DNA of 64,000 nt from Eledone cirrhosa (Eukaryota): NCBI GenBank assembly GCA_964016885.1, contig OZ024744.1:76570001-76634000 (forward strand), written 5' to 3'. The notes beneath the pieces were generated by a model. The model had not been told where the DNA came from, did no database searches, and saw only the letters and a program-made list of their open reading frames with translations. Below are positions 26,046 to 38,145 of the stretch, in pieces (positions within the stretch are counted from its first letter, which is position 1; each line of letters opens with the position of its first letter). Made by a program: the position numbers and the translations under genes.

Positions 26046-26410
26046 GCAGGAAGCGATGAGAAGTAATATAGGAATGATTTATGCAGATTACGGGTTTATT
26101 TTTATTCCAATTGGTAATGATATTATCACAGAAATTTGGAATAATATATTTGGAATGTATTCCTTCTTTTCTTTATTTAACCCTTTTGATACAAAAACCG
26201 CCTGCAACCATCCCAAGTTTTATGATACAGAATTCTTTGTTTTAAAGCACTCGAATATATGTAAAAATTCTTCTATCGTAAATTATTTATGTAAGAAACT
26301 TTGTTGTGTTCTAAACACAGAGCTTCCGTTAGAGTTTTGGCACTAGTGGCGGGTGGTGGTGGTGGTGGTGGGGACGGCTTAAATATATATATATACTGTA
26401 TGTGTGTACA

Positions 26411-26684
26411 ATTGGCAGTATCGCTAGAGGGTCGGACGCCATGCTTTGCAGCATAGAGTTACGTCCCTTTACAGTCTAACTTCAAATCCCGTCGAGGTTA
26501 ACTTTGCCTTTCATCCTGACGGGGTCGATAAAATAAAGTACCAGTAATGTACTGGGTAATTGCTGACCTTGAGCCAAAAGTAGAAACAATTATTATTATT
26601 AGCTCCCGCTGGGGTGGTGGATTGGCAGAATCGGTAGAACGCCGGACACCCTGCTTTACAGCATAGAGTTACGTCCCTTTACGC
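26411..26684 (+). mobile_element. One full SINE (26411-26600) and a truncated SINE head (26612-26684)
   Basis: Family motifs; the second copy stops at gtccctttacg. Confidence 0.85.
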
Positions 26685-26947
26685 TCGTACTTTGTGGATA
26701 TTTCGGATCCTGGTATTATCCATGAGGCTTCGACCCTCTCAAGAGACTCCCTCAGTAGGACTAAAATTTCTACTTTGGCCGCTAGCCACGTGATGATTCT
26801 TACCCCTTTTGAATTCATTTCTAGTGGCGATCACTGTAGAAATGTTAGTCATACTGAGGGAGTCTCTTGAGAAGCTCGAAACCTCACGGATAATACCAGG
26901 ATTGGACATATCCACAAAGTACGAGCGAAACTATCGATAGTCGGGAC
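26682..26947 (+). repeat. ~90-bp-arm inverted repeat followed by the 3' half of a hammerhead
   Basis: Arms 26682-26773 and 26837-26927, then GAA-ACTATCGATAGT-C-GGGAC. Confidence 0.8.
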
Positions 26948-27234
26948 TAGAAGAATTTTGGTAAACTTTATATACATTTTTTCTTCAAACTTGAATTTTA
27001 GACTTAGCTCCGTTTAATTGATTATTTGCCTAGTTAATTTCTACGGGCTAAGAGGAAAGACTAGGTAAATTTTATCTGTTCCTCACAAGGGATAGTCTGT
27101 GACATTTATCTGTTATTTCTTCAAAGTTACATTTTAAACTTAACTCCGTTAAAATGATTATTTATCTAGTTCATTTCAACGGACTAAGAAGAAGAAAAAT
27201 TGGATATAATTTGTCTGACTGTTCTTCAAACTTA

Positions 27235-27275
<41 letters not shown>

Positions 27276-27330
27276 CGTTTCTGAATTTGTTTAGCAAGAT
27301 TCTTTATCTGAAAACGTGTGTTGAAACCGA

Positions 27331-27972
27331 TATTGTTATACTTTGGGAGAGTCATGTTGCCAATAAGAAACACACGCACCAGTTGCTTTCACTCCAATTT
27401 ATTATAAATTAAATTTATAAATTTAAGAATTTATAAATTTCCCGTTGGTTGGTTGGTTGGTTCCACAACCGAACGGTTGTTCACATATTCTCAAAGTTCT
27501 TTCGGCACATATTCTGTGACCTCTTCAGTGACTGGGGATTCTTTTATTTGTTTTTGTGCCTCTCCTTTGTTCTGTCCTACGCCATCTTGTTTTTGTGTGT
27601 GTTGTGTGCTTAGTTTGCGCATGTGTTACATCCGGGTGTCTGTGTGTGTTTATATTTGTTTATTTATTTGTTTATTTACATGTTACTGGTTGGTTGTTTG
27701 TTCTATGTGCAAACTAAGCACACAACACACACAGAAACAAGATGGCGTAGTGCAGAACAAAGGAGAGGCACAAAAACAAAGAAAAGAATCCCCAGTCACT
27801 GAAGAGGTCACAGAATGTGTGACGAAGGAACTTTGACAATATATGAACAACCGTCCGGTTGTGGAACCAACCAACGGGAAATTTATAAATTTAATTTATA
27901 ATAAATTGGAGTGAAAGTAGCTGGTGCGTGTGTTTCTTATTGGCAACATGACCCTCCAAAAGCATAACAATA
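27331..27972. mobile_element. Fold-back of hammerhead-bearing pLTR family B (arms ~27331-27625 and ~27705-27972)
   Basis: The arms are reverse complements. Motif gtca-CTGAAGA-g-gtcaca..tgtgac-GAA at 27795-27837 (+) and 27490-27532 (-). A third copy lies at 32060-32556. Confidence 0.8.
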
Positions 27973-27989
27973 TATATATATATATATAA

Positions 27990-30543
27990 GCGATAACAAA
28001 ATATCGTTATAGGTAATCCAGTTAGAGGTTGTGAATACTCCGTATTGTGGATAGTTTTAGCGTACGGCGTTGTTTGACTCAACAAGAGGTTTCCGTAGGT
28101 GGCGAGTTTGTGAGTTCTCTTGAATTCCTATGTAAGTTTATCTTCGAGTAATAATATTGAAAGAGTGAAAAAAAGATGGTCAACAGTACAAAAAAGGCTT
28201 TATTTACAGTATTAACAATTGTTTCACTGATTAAGTTGTCTAAAAATTGCTGAACACTTGAAGCTGTGCCACTCAATTTTTAAAATATACTCCGCGTTTA
28301 CGAATTCAAATTACAACATCATTAATAAAGAAGGAGAGAAAGAAAAAAGTGAGAAAAAAGAAAAAAAGAAAAAAGATATAGAGAAAAAAAGATAGAGAGA
28401 AAAAAGAAAGAAGAGAAAAGGATGAAGAAAAAAGATAAAAGATAAAGAAAAAGAAAATAGAGAGAAAAAATAATAAAGATAATAATAATAAATGAATAAA
28501 TGTTAATAAATAAGTTATAACGAGGATGATAAATAAATAATACAAAATATGATAAGAAATAAATAAAAAAATGTAATATATGTGCGCGAAGAAAAGTAAA
28601 CATAGTATGATTACTGAGAGTAGTTGTGGTGTTGGTGTTTAAAATATAGAGAATGATGGTATAAAATGAAAATGTTAAATATATTCATATATATATTAGT
28701 TACATTAATAAATTAATTAAATAGTTAATTAATTAATTAATTGTAAGTTATATTAGAAGTGAAAATAATACAAGGTATCATGTAAGAGATGAAATAAATT
28801 TAGGGAAAGAAATAGAAAGAGAGAAAATGAAAGAGAGAAAATATAAGAGGTTATGATGTTGGTTCATTGACAGTTGATGACAATAATAATAATAATGATA
28901 ATAGGTTATTATAATAGATTCAGGTGGTATAATTTGAATTATGGAATAGATAGGATGAATTAAGTTGGTCTGAAATTATCGAATTTGCTCGCAGTTTTAT
29001 GTCTACAGAAATGTGTTCGTTCACTTTTGCTGTTAAGCAGCAATTTGTTATATTTTAAAATATGGAATAATTCCATACTGCAAAGTCTACAATGGGACAT
29101 GCCAATTCTATAGGCCATTGCCGTTGACAACTTCACCCAGCTAATTCTGAATTCCTTTTTTTATCGTTGAGCTGCCAGATTTTATTGGCGAGCGTCGTTG
29201 TGTTCATAAGTTCATAAGTTTACGGTTATTTATAGAGTGTCTGTGGACATACCACCTTTTCTTGAACTCACCCGCCGTCGAACCTACGTAGTGCCATGCT
29301 AAGTTGCCTGAATTTATAGTACATAGGTACACTATATTTGACTCCAGGCATCTATTTTGTAGTGGGCATTTATCAGGTAAATGAGAGTTATATTTTGATG
29401 CTTTCCTATGAGCCGGTTCCGCGATACGGTTTGTATGTTGTTATGTATGGGCTGAGAAGTGGGTTTGTTGATGTATTGTCGTGATGTGTTCTGACGTGAT
29501 GTTGTTATGTGTTTGTGTTTTATATTTGGTGTTATGGTGCTTGTTTGCAGGCTATTTGTATTAGAGATTCGTTTATAGTTAATGTTATGTATGTGTGATT
29601 CTATGTTGGTGGCAGTAGAGTAAGATAGTTTGATAGTATTTATATTAAATATTTTAAGGTATTTGTGAAGTTTAGGGAAGTGCTTGTCAATTAATTTAAA
29701 GAAAGTAGAAGATAGTTTGTTTTTTTATAGAGGAGTTAAATATTGAACCATAAGTGTTTTCTATCTCTGCATCTTCTATAGTTTCTAGTGGTCCTTATAT
29801 TAGTATTCGGTTCAATTATTTCTGGTGTTTGTTGCCAATTTCTATGTTTAGTCCTAGATTTGTTGGTTCTATAGGTGTGGATAGTGTTATTGCTGTTAAG
29901 TGTGTTGCTATTGTTTGCATCTGGTATGTATTTGAGCCTCTCCTTCTGGCCTGTCTTAAGTAAAGCTATGTTGTAGTAGTTAGCGTTTTCGTTAAAAATT
30001 TCTAGATTAGAAGATAAGCGTGAAATTCTAAGGTATATACTATGTGCTATGGAATTAATTATGGATCGATGGTGATTTGAGTTATAATTAATGTAAGCTA
30101 GATTTTCGTTATTTTTATGGAAGGGCTCTATTAGTCCTGTGTTTAGGTTAAGTGATACATCTAAGAAGTTGGCTTTTTTAGAGTTGAGTTCAAAAGTGAC
30201 GTTTAATTTATGACGTCTAATTTATTGAAGAATGTTCTAATCTTTTTACATAATCTTTCCAAGTTTTAATTATTTAGGTTTTTAGCTAAAAGTAATATAT
30301 CGTCTCTATAAATTCCTCCCTGTAGGTTATCAAATTCCTTATGCAAGATATGTACTATATATATTCCGACAATGTCCATTACTTTCTGATGATCTGGTTA
30401 AGCTAACATCGTTTTTAAAATTGATTGGCACAGCTTCAAGTGTTCAGCAATTTTTAGACAACTTAATCGGTGAAACAATTGTTAATACTGTAAATAAAAC
30501 ACTTTTTTCTACTGTTGACCATGTTATTCTTCACTCTTTCAAT
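27990..30543 (-). mobile_element. Degraded 5'-truncated Penelope-like element (RT, thumb, GIY-YIG) with 3' pLTR and inverted 5' pLTR
   Basis: Minus strand reads VMDIVGIYIVHIL...GGIYRDDILLL (~30380-30285), NFLDVSLNLNTG..YINYNSNH (~30170-30070) and CPLQNRCLESNIVYLC..HYVGSTAGEFKKRWYVH (~29370-29245). 28155-28285 is inverted at 30413-30543. Confidence 0.9.
30382..30488 (+). ncRNA. Hammerhead-like motif in the inverted pLTR (long loop II)
   Basis: CTGATGA-t-CTGGTTAAG...CTTAATCGG-t-GAA-ACAATTGT-t. Other copies read ACAATTGT-C. Stem I is degenerate. Confidence 0.6.
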
Positions 30544-30984
30544 GTATATCTATATATATCTATATATATAAAACGGATGTTGTCTGTGTGTGCGTCCTCA
30601 TTTTTGCAAAGTCTATACAAATCCACATTTCTACTCTGATTGACTTCAAACTTGCATTTATATATTCCTTGCGGTCTAAAGATACTAACTGCCGCTTTTA
30701 TTTTTCAATTTTCTGTTGTTAAAGGGGTGTTAGGGGCCGGTTATCGATCGCTGTCGAGCCCTTTATAATATCTGTCTGTATCTGACGTTTATTTTATTAA
30801 TAGTATTATTTGTGTGAAAATAAAATCAAGAGAAAATGAAATCAGAGGAATTAAATTCTCTGTTTTAATAAAGTCTGCCATAGTAGTGTAATATAAATAA
30901 ATATCCAGAACATAAACATACACACACTCAACAACGCGCATATAAGTAATAGTATTTAACTAATGTATTGGTATGCGATGCGTT

Positions 30985-32055
30985 CCACCCACAGCCCCGG
31001 CGGATAGAATGGAGAAGGCGTTTCCCCGGAGGACGGCAAGGGAGACGCGCTGGAAAAGCCACTCAAACTCGCGGGGCTCACACCTGCGGCTGGCCAACTC
31101 AGCGCCTATGGTGGTTAGTTAGGAGGTAGCCCTGGGGCCGAGGACACCAGAAGTTTCCACTGCCAGAGGAACGACCGGAAACCTGTCGGAGAGCGACCGG
31201 TATTTGAGGAGTTTGGCCCCCTCAGCCCGATGTGCACCAGAACCTGGGTCAGTCGCAGACTGCACCAGGTTGCGGCTGCAGAAAGTGTCAGTGCAAGTGG
31301 CATCCCAGACGAGGGGTTTGCCACCGCGGAACGGGAAGATGGTCATGCAATCTGGCCTTTTGCCGTCCCCTCGATCCAGCCCCACCGGCTCGAGCTGGGA
31401 AGGGAAGCCTGTAGCGTCCAAGCCATGCTTAATGACCTCGTTGAGGGCAGTATGGCGTGGAATGCGGCCGGCACTGTGGCGACAGGAAAGCGGGTGGAGG
31501 CCGAAAGAGTCCACGGTGGAACTGCAGCGACATTGGTGTGGCTGGCAGATCCGGAGGACGAGCCTCAGAGAAACGCCGATTCGCAGGCTATGGTTGTCTA
31601 GCTCTGTGCCAGTGGAGAAGGAGGGCAGAGAATGGAGCCAGGTACCACTGTGGGGTTTGGAGGCCGTACGAAAACAAGCAAGGCGGTGCTGGTCGAGCTG
31701 GCGCGTAAGCCTGTCTGCGGCCAGGCTGCACTGGATGACATCCCAAGTGCGTTGGGGGGGACTTGACGTCAACAGGGGGAGAAGGAGGAGGGATGTCTAC
31801 TGGGCTAAGGCCCAGCCGGTCCCACGTCTCACAGGCGGCCTCACGTTCTCTGAACACAGAGGGTTCTGTTGTGTTTTGAAGAACCCTGCTGACGAGGACG
31901 CCGGCAAAGCTAGTGAGATCGGGGACCGGAGGCCTAGGCCGCCATACCTGACCGGTAAAGTGGCCTGTTGCCACCCTATGTCGTCAAACTTGACGTTGCA
32001 TATCCCCTCGGATGCTGCTCGGATACAAGTATCGAGGTCAGCGAGGAGAGATGTC
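30985..32055 (-). mobile_element. CRE-clade-like non-LTR retrotransposon 3' portion (RT end, zinc knuckle, restriction-like endonuclease), frameshifted
   Basis: WQQATLPVRYGGLGLR; CRC..D.FGLHPLSC; RHTALN; GDGKRPD; LVWDATC; PLAVETSGVLGP; WLFQRVSLAVLRGNA. GC-rich relative to flanks. Confidence 0.85.
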
Positions 32056-32059
32056 TGGG

Positions 32060-32556
32060 TCACAACACTAACATTCTTGTGTTGTGACTTAAAAGAATTA
32101 CAACCAAAATTAAATAGAAAATATGAGTGGAACAGCAACATCACAACTTACAATTAAGGACAAAATGAAAACACACACACACATAGAACAAACAACCAAC
32201 CAGTAACATGTAAATAAACAAATAAATAAATGAACATAAACACACACAGACACCCGGATGTGGCGCATGCGCAGACTGAGCACACAACACACACACAGAA
32301 ACAAAATGGCGTAAGACAGAACAAAGGAGAGGCACAGAAACAAAGAAAGGAATCCCCAGTCACTGAAGAGGTCACAGAGTGTGTGACGAAAGAACTATGA
32401 CAATATATAAACAACTATCTGGTTGTGGAACCAACCAACCAACCAGAAATTTATAAATTTATAAATTTATTATGAATTTATTATAATAAATTGAAGTGAA
32501 AGCAACTGGTGCGTGTGTTTCTTATTGGCAACATGACCCTCCCAAAGTATAACAAT
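32060..32556 (+). mobile_element. pLTR family B copy with hammerhead at 32359-32401
   Basis: GTCA-CTGAAGA-g-GTCACA gagtg TGTGAC-GAA-AGaaCT-A-TGAC; ends at a TA-rich tract. Confidence 0.75.
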
Positions 32557-33202
32557 ATATATATATACATATATACTTATATATACATATATATATATAC
32601 ACATATATACATATACACACACACATATAAACACATATACATATACAAACATATACACATATATAGATATACACATATACACATATATAAATATACAAAT
32701 AAAAATATATGTATATATACACACACACACACATATATAAATATATATATATATACATACATACAGATATATATATAAATATATCCATACATACACACAT
32801 ATATATATATATATATTTATTAAAATAACAGATTAAAGTTTAAGCAAAGAATCGCTGCTTTTACCCTTAACGGGATCTTCTGAAACTAACAAAGTCAATC
32901 TGTAAACGCAGAACTGGATATTTCAAAAAACGTTGCAACCGGAGGAAGACAGGAAGACGATACTTTGGTTCGTGGTGACGTTCGCTGGCAAGAACGGGAA
33001 AAAACGAATAATACGTCATTAATAGGAGCGGTGAAAAACAATTACGCGCAAAGACAGAACCACGTTTATGGTATAATAGAGGTCGTAGACTAATGTTCTC
33101 TTAGGTGGTGCATAGAGGCGTTCTCTGACGATGAACGAAAAAAACGAAGATAATATGTCATATGTGGAGCGTGGAGAACAATTGCACGCAAAGACAAAAC
33201 TA

Positions 33203-33296
33203 GGAGACCGAATGAATCTCCGCTACGGAGACCGAATGAATCTCCGCTACGGAGACCGAATGAATCTCCGCTACGGAATGAATCTCCGCTACGGAG
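33203..33296. repeat. 24-bp minisatellite (3 copies plus a shortened one)
   Basis: Unit ggagaccgaatgaatctccgctac. Confidence 0.9.
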
Positions 33297-33582
33297 TTAA
33301 GAACAAAGTAAATAAATACAATACAGAAGTAATAGAAATAAATAAATACATACACGCAAACAGATACGTACATACACAAGCATACGCAAAACTTACCATA
33401 GTTAAACAAAACCACGCAATATAAATATGTGTGTGTGTGTAAGCCTGTATACAAAGAAATAAATAATTATATAAACGTCTATAAATAAATAAATACGTAT
33501 ATAACAAGCGCACACACATACCTACATGTAAATACACGAATGTTCGGAGACGTAAGTCAACTAAAACATGAAGTACACATAT

Positions 33583-33664
<82 letters not shown>

Positions 33665-33751
33665 GTGAGGTTTTTTTTACAAAATGAAATATAACGTGTC
33701 CTACACGAGTGGAAGATGTGAGAAAAACCACAGACCCTCCATCTCAACTCA

Positions 33752-33789
33752 CCTTTTGAAAAGCAGAAGAACTGCGAAACCGGTAAAGG
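33752..33789 (+). ncRNA. Type I hammerhead motif with U3-A8 core variant
   Basis: CCTT-TTGAAAA-GCAG aagaa CTGC-GAA-ACCGGT-A-AAGG. Confidence 0.6.
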
Positions 33790-33861
33790 AACCAAATAAA
33801 TATATATATTTTTTTAAAAAGTAAGACTTCAGTTGCATTTTCGATTTCATCCCTTTTTCTT

Positions 33862-33968
<107 letters not shown>

Positions 33969-34005
33969 TTCTCTATTTTTATTTATATATATATATATAT
34001 GTATC

Positions 34006-34059
<54 letters not shown>

Positions 34060-34100
34060 AGTATATATATAATAAGTATATATATAATAAGTATATATAT

Positions 34101-34300
34101 AATAAGCGTCCGCTAAACTGATACGTACATATATGTATGTGTACCTGTATGTATATATATGTATATATATATATATATATATGTGTGTGTGCATGCTACT
34201 GTACGTCTGTATACATATATGTATGTACGTATACATACATACTTACATTTAAGTAAGTGCCGTACTTAGAGTGAGAAATGAAATTTCGTTTTCATTTTAT
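34101..34300 (+). repeat. Dispersed partial copy of the 470-bp hammerhead unit (no ribozyme segment)
   Basis: Matches ~4701-4900 (aataagcg.ccgctaaactgatacgt...agagtgagaaatgaaatttc). Confidence 0.85.
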
Positions 34301-35015
34301 TACAACTCATATATATATATATATATCTTTTTTTTGGGGGGCATATTATAAACAGTGGACTTTGGTTATCGTGTCTTTGAGCTCTGCTGATGATCGATTC
34401 CAACCGTGACCATCCCCACTGAAAGTTTCGTGAAATAGTCTTTTAAGACTATAGTGAGCACTTGTAGTTTTTCCAAATTGAAGGATGAGTATTTTAAACT
34501 TTATGTTATTCTGAGTTAAGGCTCTATTGATTTTTCCCTGGATTTCACCAAATTCTGTGGATGAATCTATATCCTGATTCTTTTTGAATTGAGTTTGAAT
34601 TATTTTCCCACATCTTACGTTAACTATTTTTCCATTTTGACGCTATAGTCCCTTATATATTATGGAATATTGTTGGCTTCTTGCTACAATAATTTCTATA
34701 CTTTTCATTTATATATATATATATATATAATTATATATATCTATATACAGATACATTGTAGGTTGCTTTAACCCGACTTTTATTATTCAGAAAACTTCTT
34801 GCCAATAAACATTAACCCTTTGTGCGCCATTCATCTAACTGTAGACCAACAAATACCAAAAAACAAGAACGATGACAAGAACGATGGCGAATGAATGTTC
34901 GAGATGAGCAGTTTCCTCCGAGCTGTTAGTTCACGCGGGATTCTCTGCTATACCTTTTCGTAATAATACCGAACAACGTACTGCTGGTCACTCTTTCCTC
35001 TAGAAGCCGTACAAA

Positions 35016-35064
<49 letters not shown>

Positions 35065-35106
35065 TCTTTCTCCCCCCCCCCCACATATATATATATATGG
35101 ACACAC

Positions 35107-35250
35107 TAGAAGAGGAAGACCAAGGTTAACGTATGTTGATGCCCTAAGGACAGACACTGGTCTGTTGGAGATGAAGGACATGGCAGCGATAATGAAGGAC
35201 AGAGACCGCTGGAGAGAACTCGTCCATGGATCTCGGGAATTTTACCCGCC
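35107..35250 (+). pseudogene. RTE-type LINE C-terminal fragment
   Basis: RRGRPRLTYVDALRTDTGLLEMKDMAAIMKDRDRWRELV. Confidence 0.7.
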
Positions 35251-35257
35251 TTAGACA

Positions 35258-36612
35258 TATATAATATATATTTGTGAAATGGGCGGTGGTTGAAATTCAG
35301 ATGTGCACGGTTAAATGACAGTAGACGTGGTCGGACTGACATGAAAATTTACACACCAATGTAAAATGTGCCAAGGAAGCAAATAGACGAGGTTGCAAAT
35401 CTGTAACTTGATAAAGGTGGTCCCTGGGGCCCCAAAACTATCGCGTTCGGTGAGTTATTTCCCTCTGTTCTAATACTTTTGTCTTATTTACAATTTCTTC
35501 AACGTTCTTTCGCTGTTAACATGCAGTACCAATAATTTGAAAAATATTATTGAATGTTTATTATAAAGAAGCAGTTTCAGGAAAAAGTGTAAACTATCAT
35601 ACAAACCTTCATTTTTAAACTTGCATATCATCGACATTGCTATTTCGCTGTTAATAAACTATCATCCTTCTACATTTAACGATCATACAGTACCGTTTTA
35701 TGAAATCGATTCTGCAATACGGTCACTATTTTTCATCAAAAGAAATAAAACGCTTGGCGATACTTGGTTTTAGTGTCCTAAATTATCATCATCGACATTC
35801 AATTATTAGCTCCACCCACTACACGATACGTCACGAAGGTAAGTGTTTCGAAAATATTTTAAACTGTATATCGCAACAATATATTGTTTAAAGAAATTTT
35901 TTTTCTGTTGTTAAAAACTGTAAATCTGTTTTAAAAAAATGTATTTCGCAGCAATTTTTTTTCTGTTAAAAACTGTAAGTAAATATTCATGTAAAAATGA
36001 AGCATAGTGTTTCGGTTAAAAACTTAAAAACTGTAAATAAATATTCATGTAAAAATGAACCATTTTTTTTCTGTGAAAATCTGTAAATAAATATTTATTT
36101 TATTCAAAAAATAAATCAAAAATCTAATTTTCTCTGTTAATATTTTAATAAATATTTATTCTAAAAATTCAATGTTTTTTCGTGTAAAAATGAAGCATGT
36201 AAGAAAATGTACATGTAAAAATCAAGCAGCAGCAGCTGATGACGTATCGTGTAGTGGGTGGAGCTAATAATTGAATGTCGATGATGATAATTTAGGACAC
36301 TAAAACCAAGTATCGCCAAACCCTTAAATTGCGAAGAAGCGACGCGTGTTTTATTTTAATTCTAATACATGTTAACCACCACTAACTGTAAGTAGTATTT
36401 TTCAAATTGCATATCATCGATATTGCTATTTCGCTGTTAATAAACAACGCTTTTCACGTCGCTCCACTTCTCATTGTACGCCGTCCAGCCCCAAGTGCAT
36501 ATTTCTATTTTTTTTCCTGAAACTGCTTCTTTATAATAAACGTTAAATAATATTTTTCAAATTATTGACTTAATAAAAAGTGGCTCCGGGTGCAACCGGG
36601 CTCAGCTGCTAG
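35258..36612 (+). mobile_element. Helitron-like non-autonomous element with nested inverted repeats
   Basis: 3' ccgggtgcaaccgggctcagctgCTAG-t. Internal inverted repeats 35530-35585/36513-36568 and 35755-35833/36240-36318. Confidence 0.6.
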
Positions 36613-37104
36613 TATATATATATTTGTTATAAGAACAGATTAAAGTTTAAGCAAAGAATCGCTGCTTTCAACGTTAACGGGATCTTCTGAAGCTAAAAAA
36701 TGTTATCTGTGAACGCAGAAGTAAACGTTGAAACTGAAGGAAAACAGGAAGACGATATTTTGGTTCGTGAAGACGTTCCCTGGCCATGAACGGAAAAAAA
36801 AGCGAGGATAATACGTCGTTATGTGGACCGAGAAGAACAATTTCATGCAAAGACAAGACCAAGTTTATGGTATAAATGGAGTCGTTAGACTAATATTCTA
36901 TTTAAAATAACCGAATGATTTCCAGTTTAAGAATGATGTAAATAAAATTGAAAACGAAAATGACATAGGTTATTAAAATAGTAAAAGTAAATAGTGAAGA
37001 TTTAGGCCAGTGCATACATATGCGCCGACGGACATACACATACATATACATATACATACACACACACAAATACATACACACACACACAGACACACACGCA
37101 CGCA

Positions 37105-37541
37105 CGTGTGTGTGTGTGTAAGCCTCATGCATTTCTACAGTATTTTCACCAAACTTAAGACATAGGTTACTTATGTACTCCGGGTAGTCATGGGCACTTC
37201 CATTTTTCCAGATATTGATTATAGGGCCTCCCGGCAGATAACCCCCTTTAACCACTTCCTTGGAGTTGTCTGAAGCACTGCAGTGCAATGCAACAAAACG
37301 TCATAACTTCTGGAGTTCGCAACCGATTATCACAAAACTTGACACATGGGCTACGTTTGTTCTACAGATGAATGTGAATTGGCACATATTGAGTAGGGGA
37401 CCCCTGGGGACAGGAACCCTCTTTGGGAAAAAGCCGATGATTTTATAAAAGTATAGTTTTCGAAGCAGCACTGAAGTATTGACATAAATGGTATACATAA
37501 CTGCTATTTAATACCCGAGCAACGCCGGGTACCTCTGCTAG
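37105..37541 (+). mobile_element. Helitron-like element 3' portion
   Basis: acccgagcaacgccgggt-acctctg-CTAG-t, the same terminus as at 7601 and 12790. Confidence 0.7.
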
Positions 37542-37712
37542 TATATATATATAGTTTAGGGATTGTAACAGAAGTCCGATAAGCTTTTGATTCCAGTTTC
37601 CAGTGACAAACGAATTAAATTCGTGAATCGAGTTTCCACTGTATTGTGTTTTCAGTTATTGATATTTCTATTCCGCTTTTCTTTCAATTGTGTAATCTGC
37701 TTCACTTTTATT

Positions 37713-37747
37713 GATCATCATCATCATCATACTCGCCACCAACATCG

Positions 37748-37797
<50 letters not shown>

Positions 37798-37816
37798 GTC
37801 ATCGTCATCATTGTCG

Positions 37817-37867
<51 letters not shown>

Positions 37868-38145
37868 ACATCGTCAACCTCCTACTCCTCCTCATCATCA
37901 TCATCTACATCGTCATCATCATCATCATCATTATTTTTGTCATAGTCAACATCAACGTGAGCATCATCATCATCATCATCATCATCACCATCACCATCAT
38001 TTTTACGTCCGTTTTTCCACGTTTGTTTGGGTTGGACGGGTCCCTCTCAGCAAAAGATCTCTCTACTCACCTCGTTCCTTCGTCATATCTTCTGCGAATC
38101 TCAACGACTTTGAAATCAGCTCTCACCACATCTGCCCAAGACTAC
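37713..38145 (-). mobile_element. RTE LINE 3' end with ~290-bp (ATG)n tail
   Basis: Minus strand 38145-38003 translates, with one frameshift and one stop, to WADVVRADF/KSLRFAEDMTKERGE*RDLLLRGTRPTQTNVEKRT*, then (ATG)n. Confidence 0.8.

Noticed and set aside
26177-26345. piggyBac-like TTAACCCTTT end (also at 34812)
   Set aside because: No matching second terminus found, so no element can be delimited.
31204-32157. 317-aa + strand ORF
   Set aside because: Antisense shadow of the GC-rich CRE-like coding strand.
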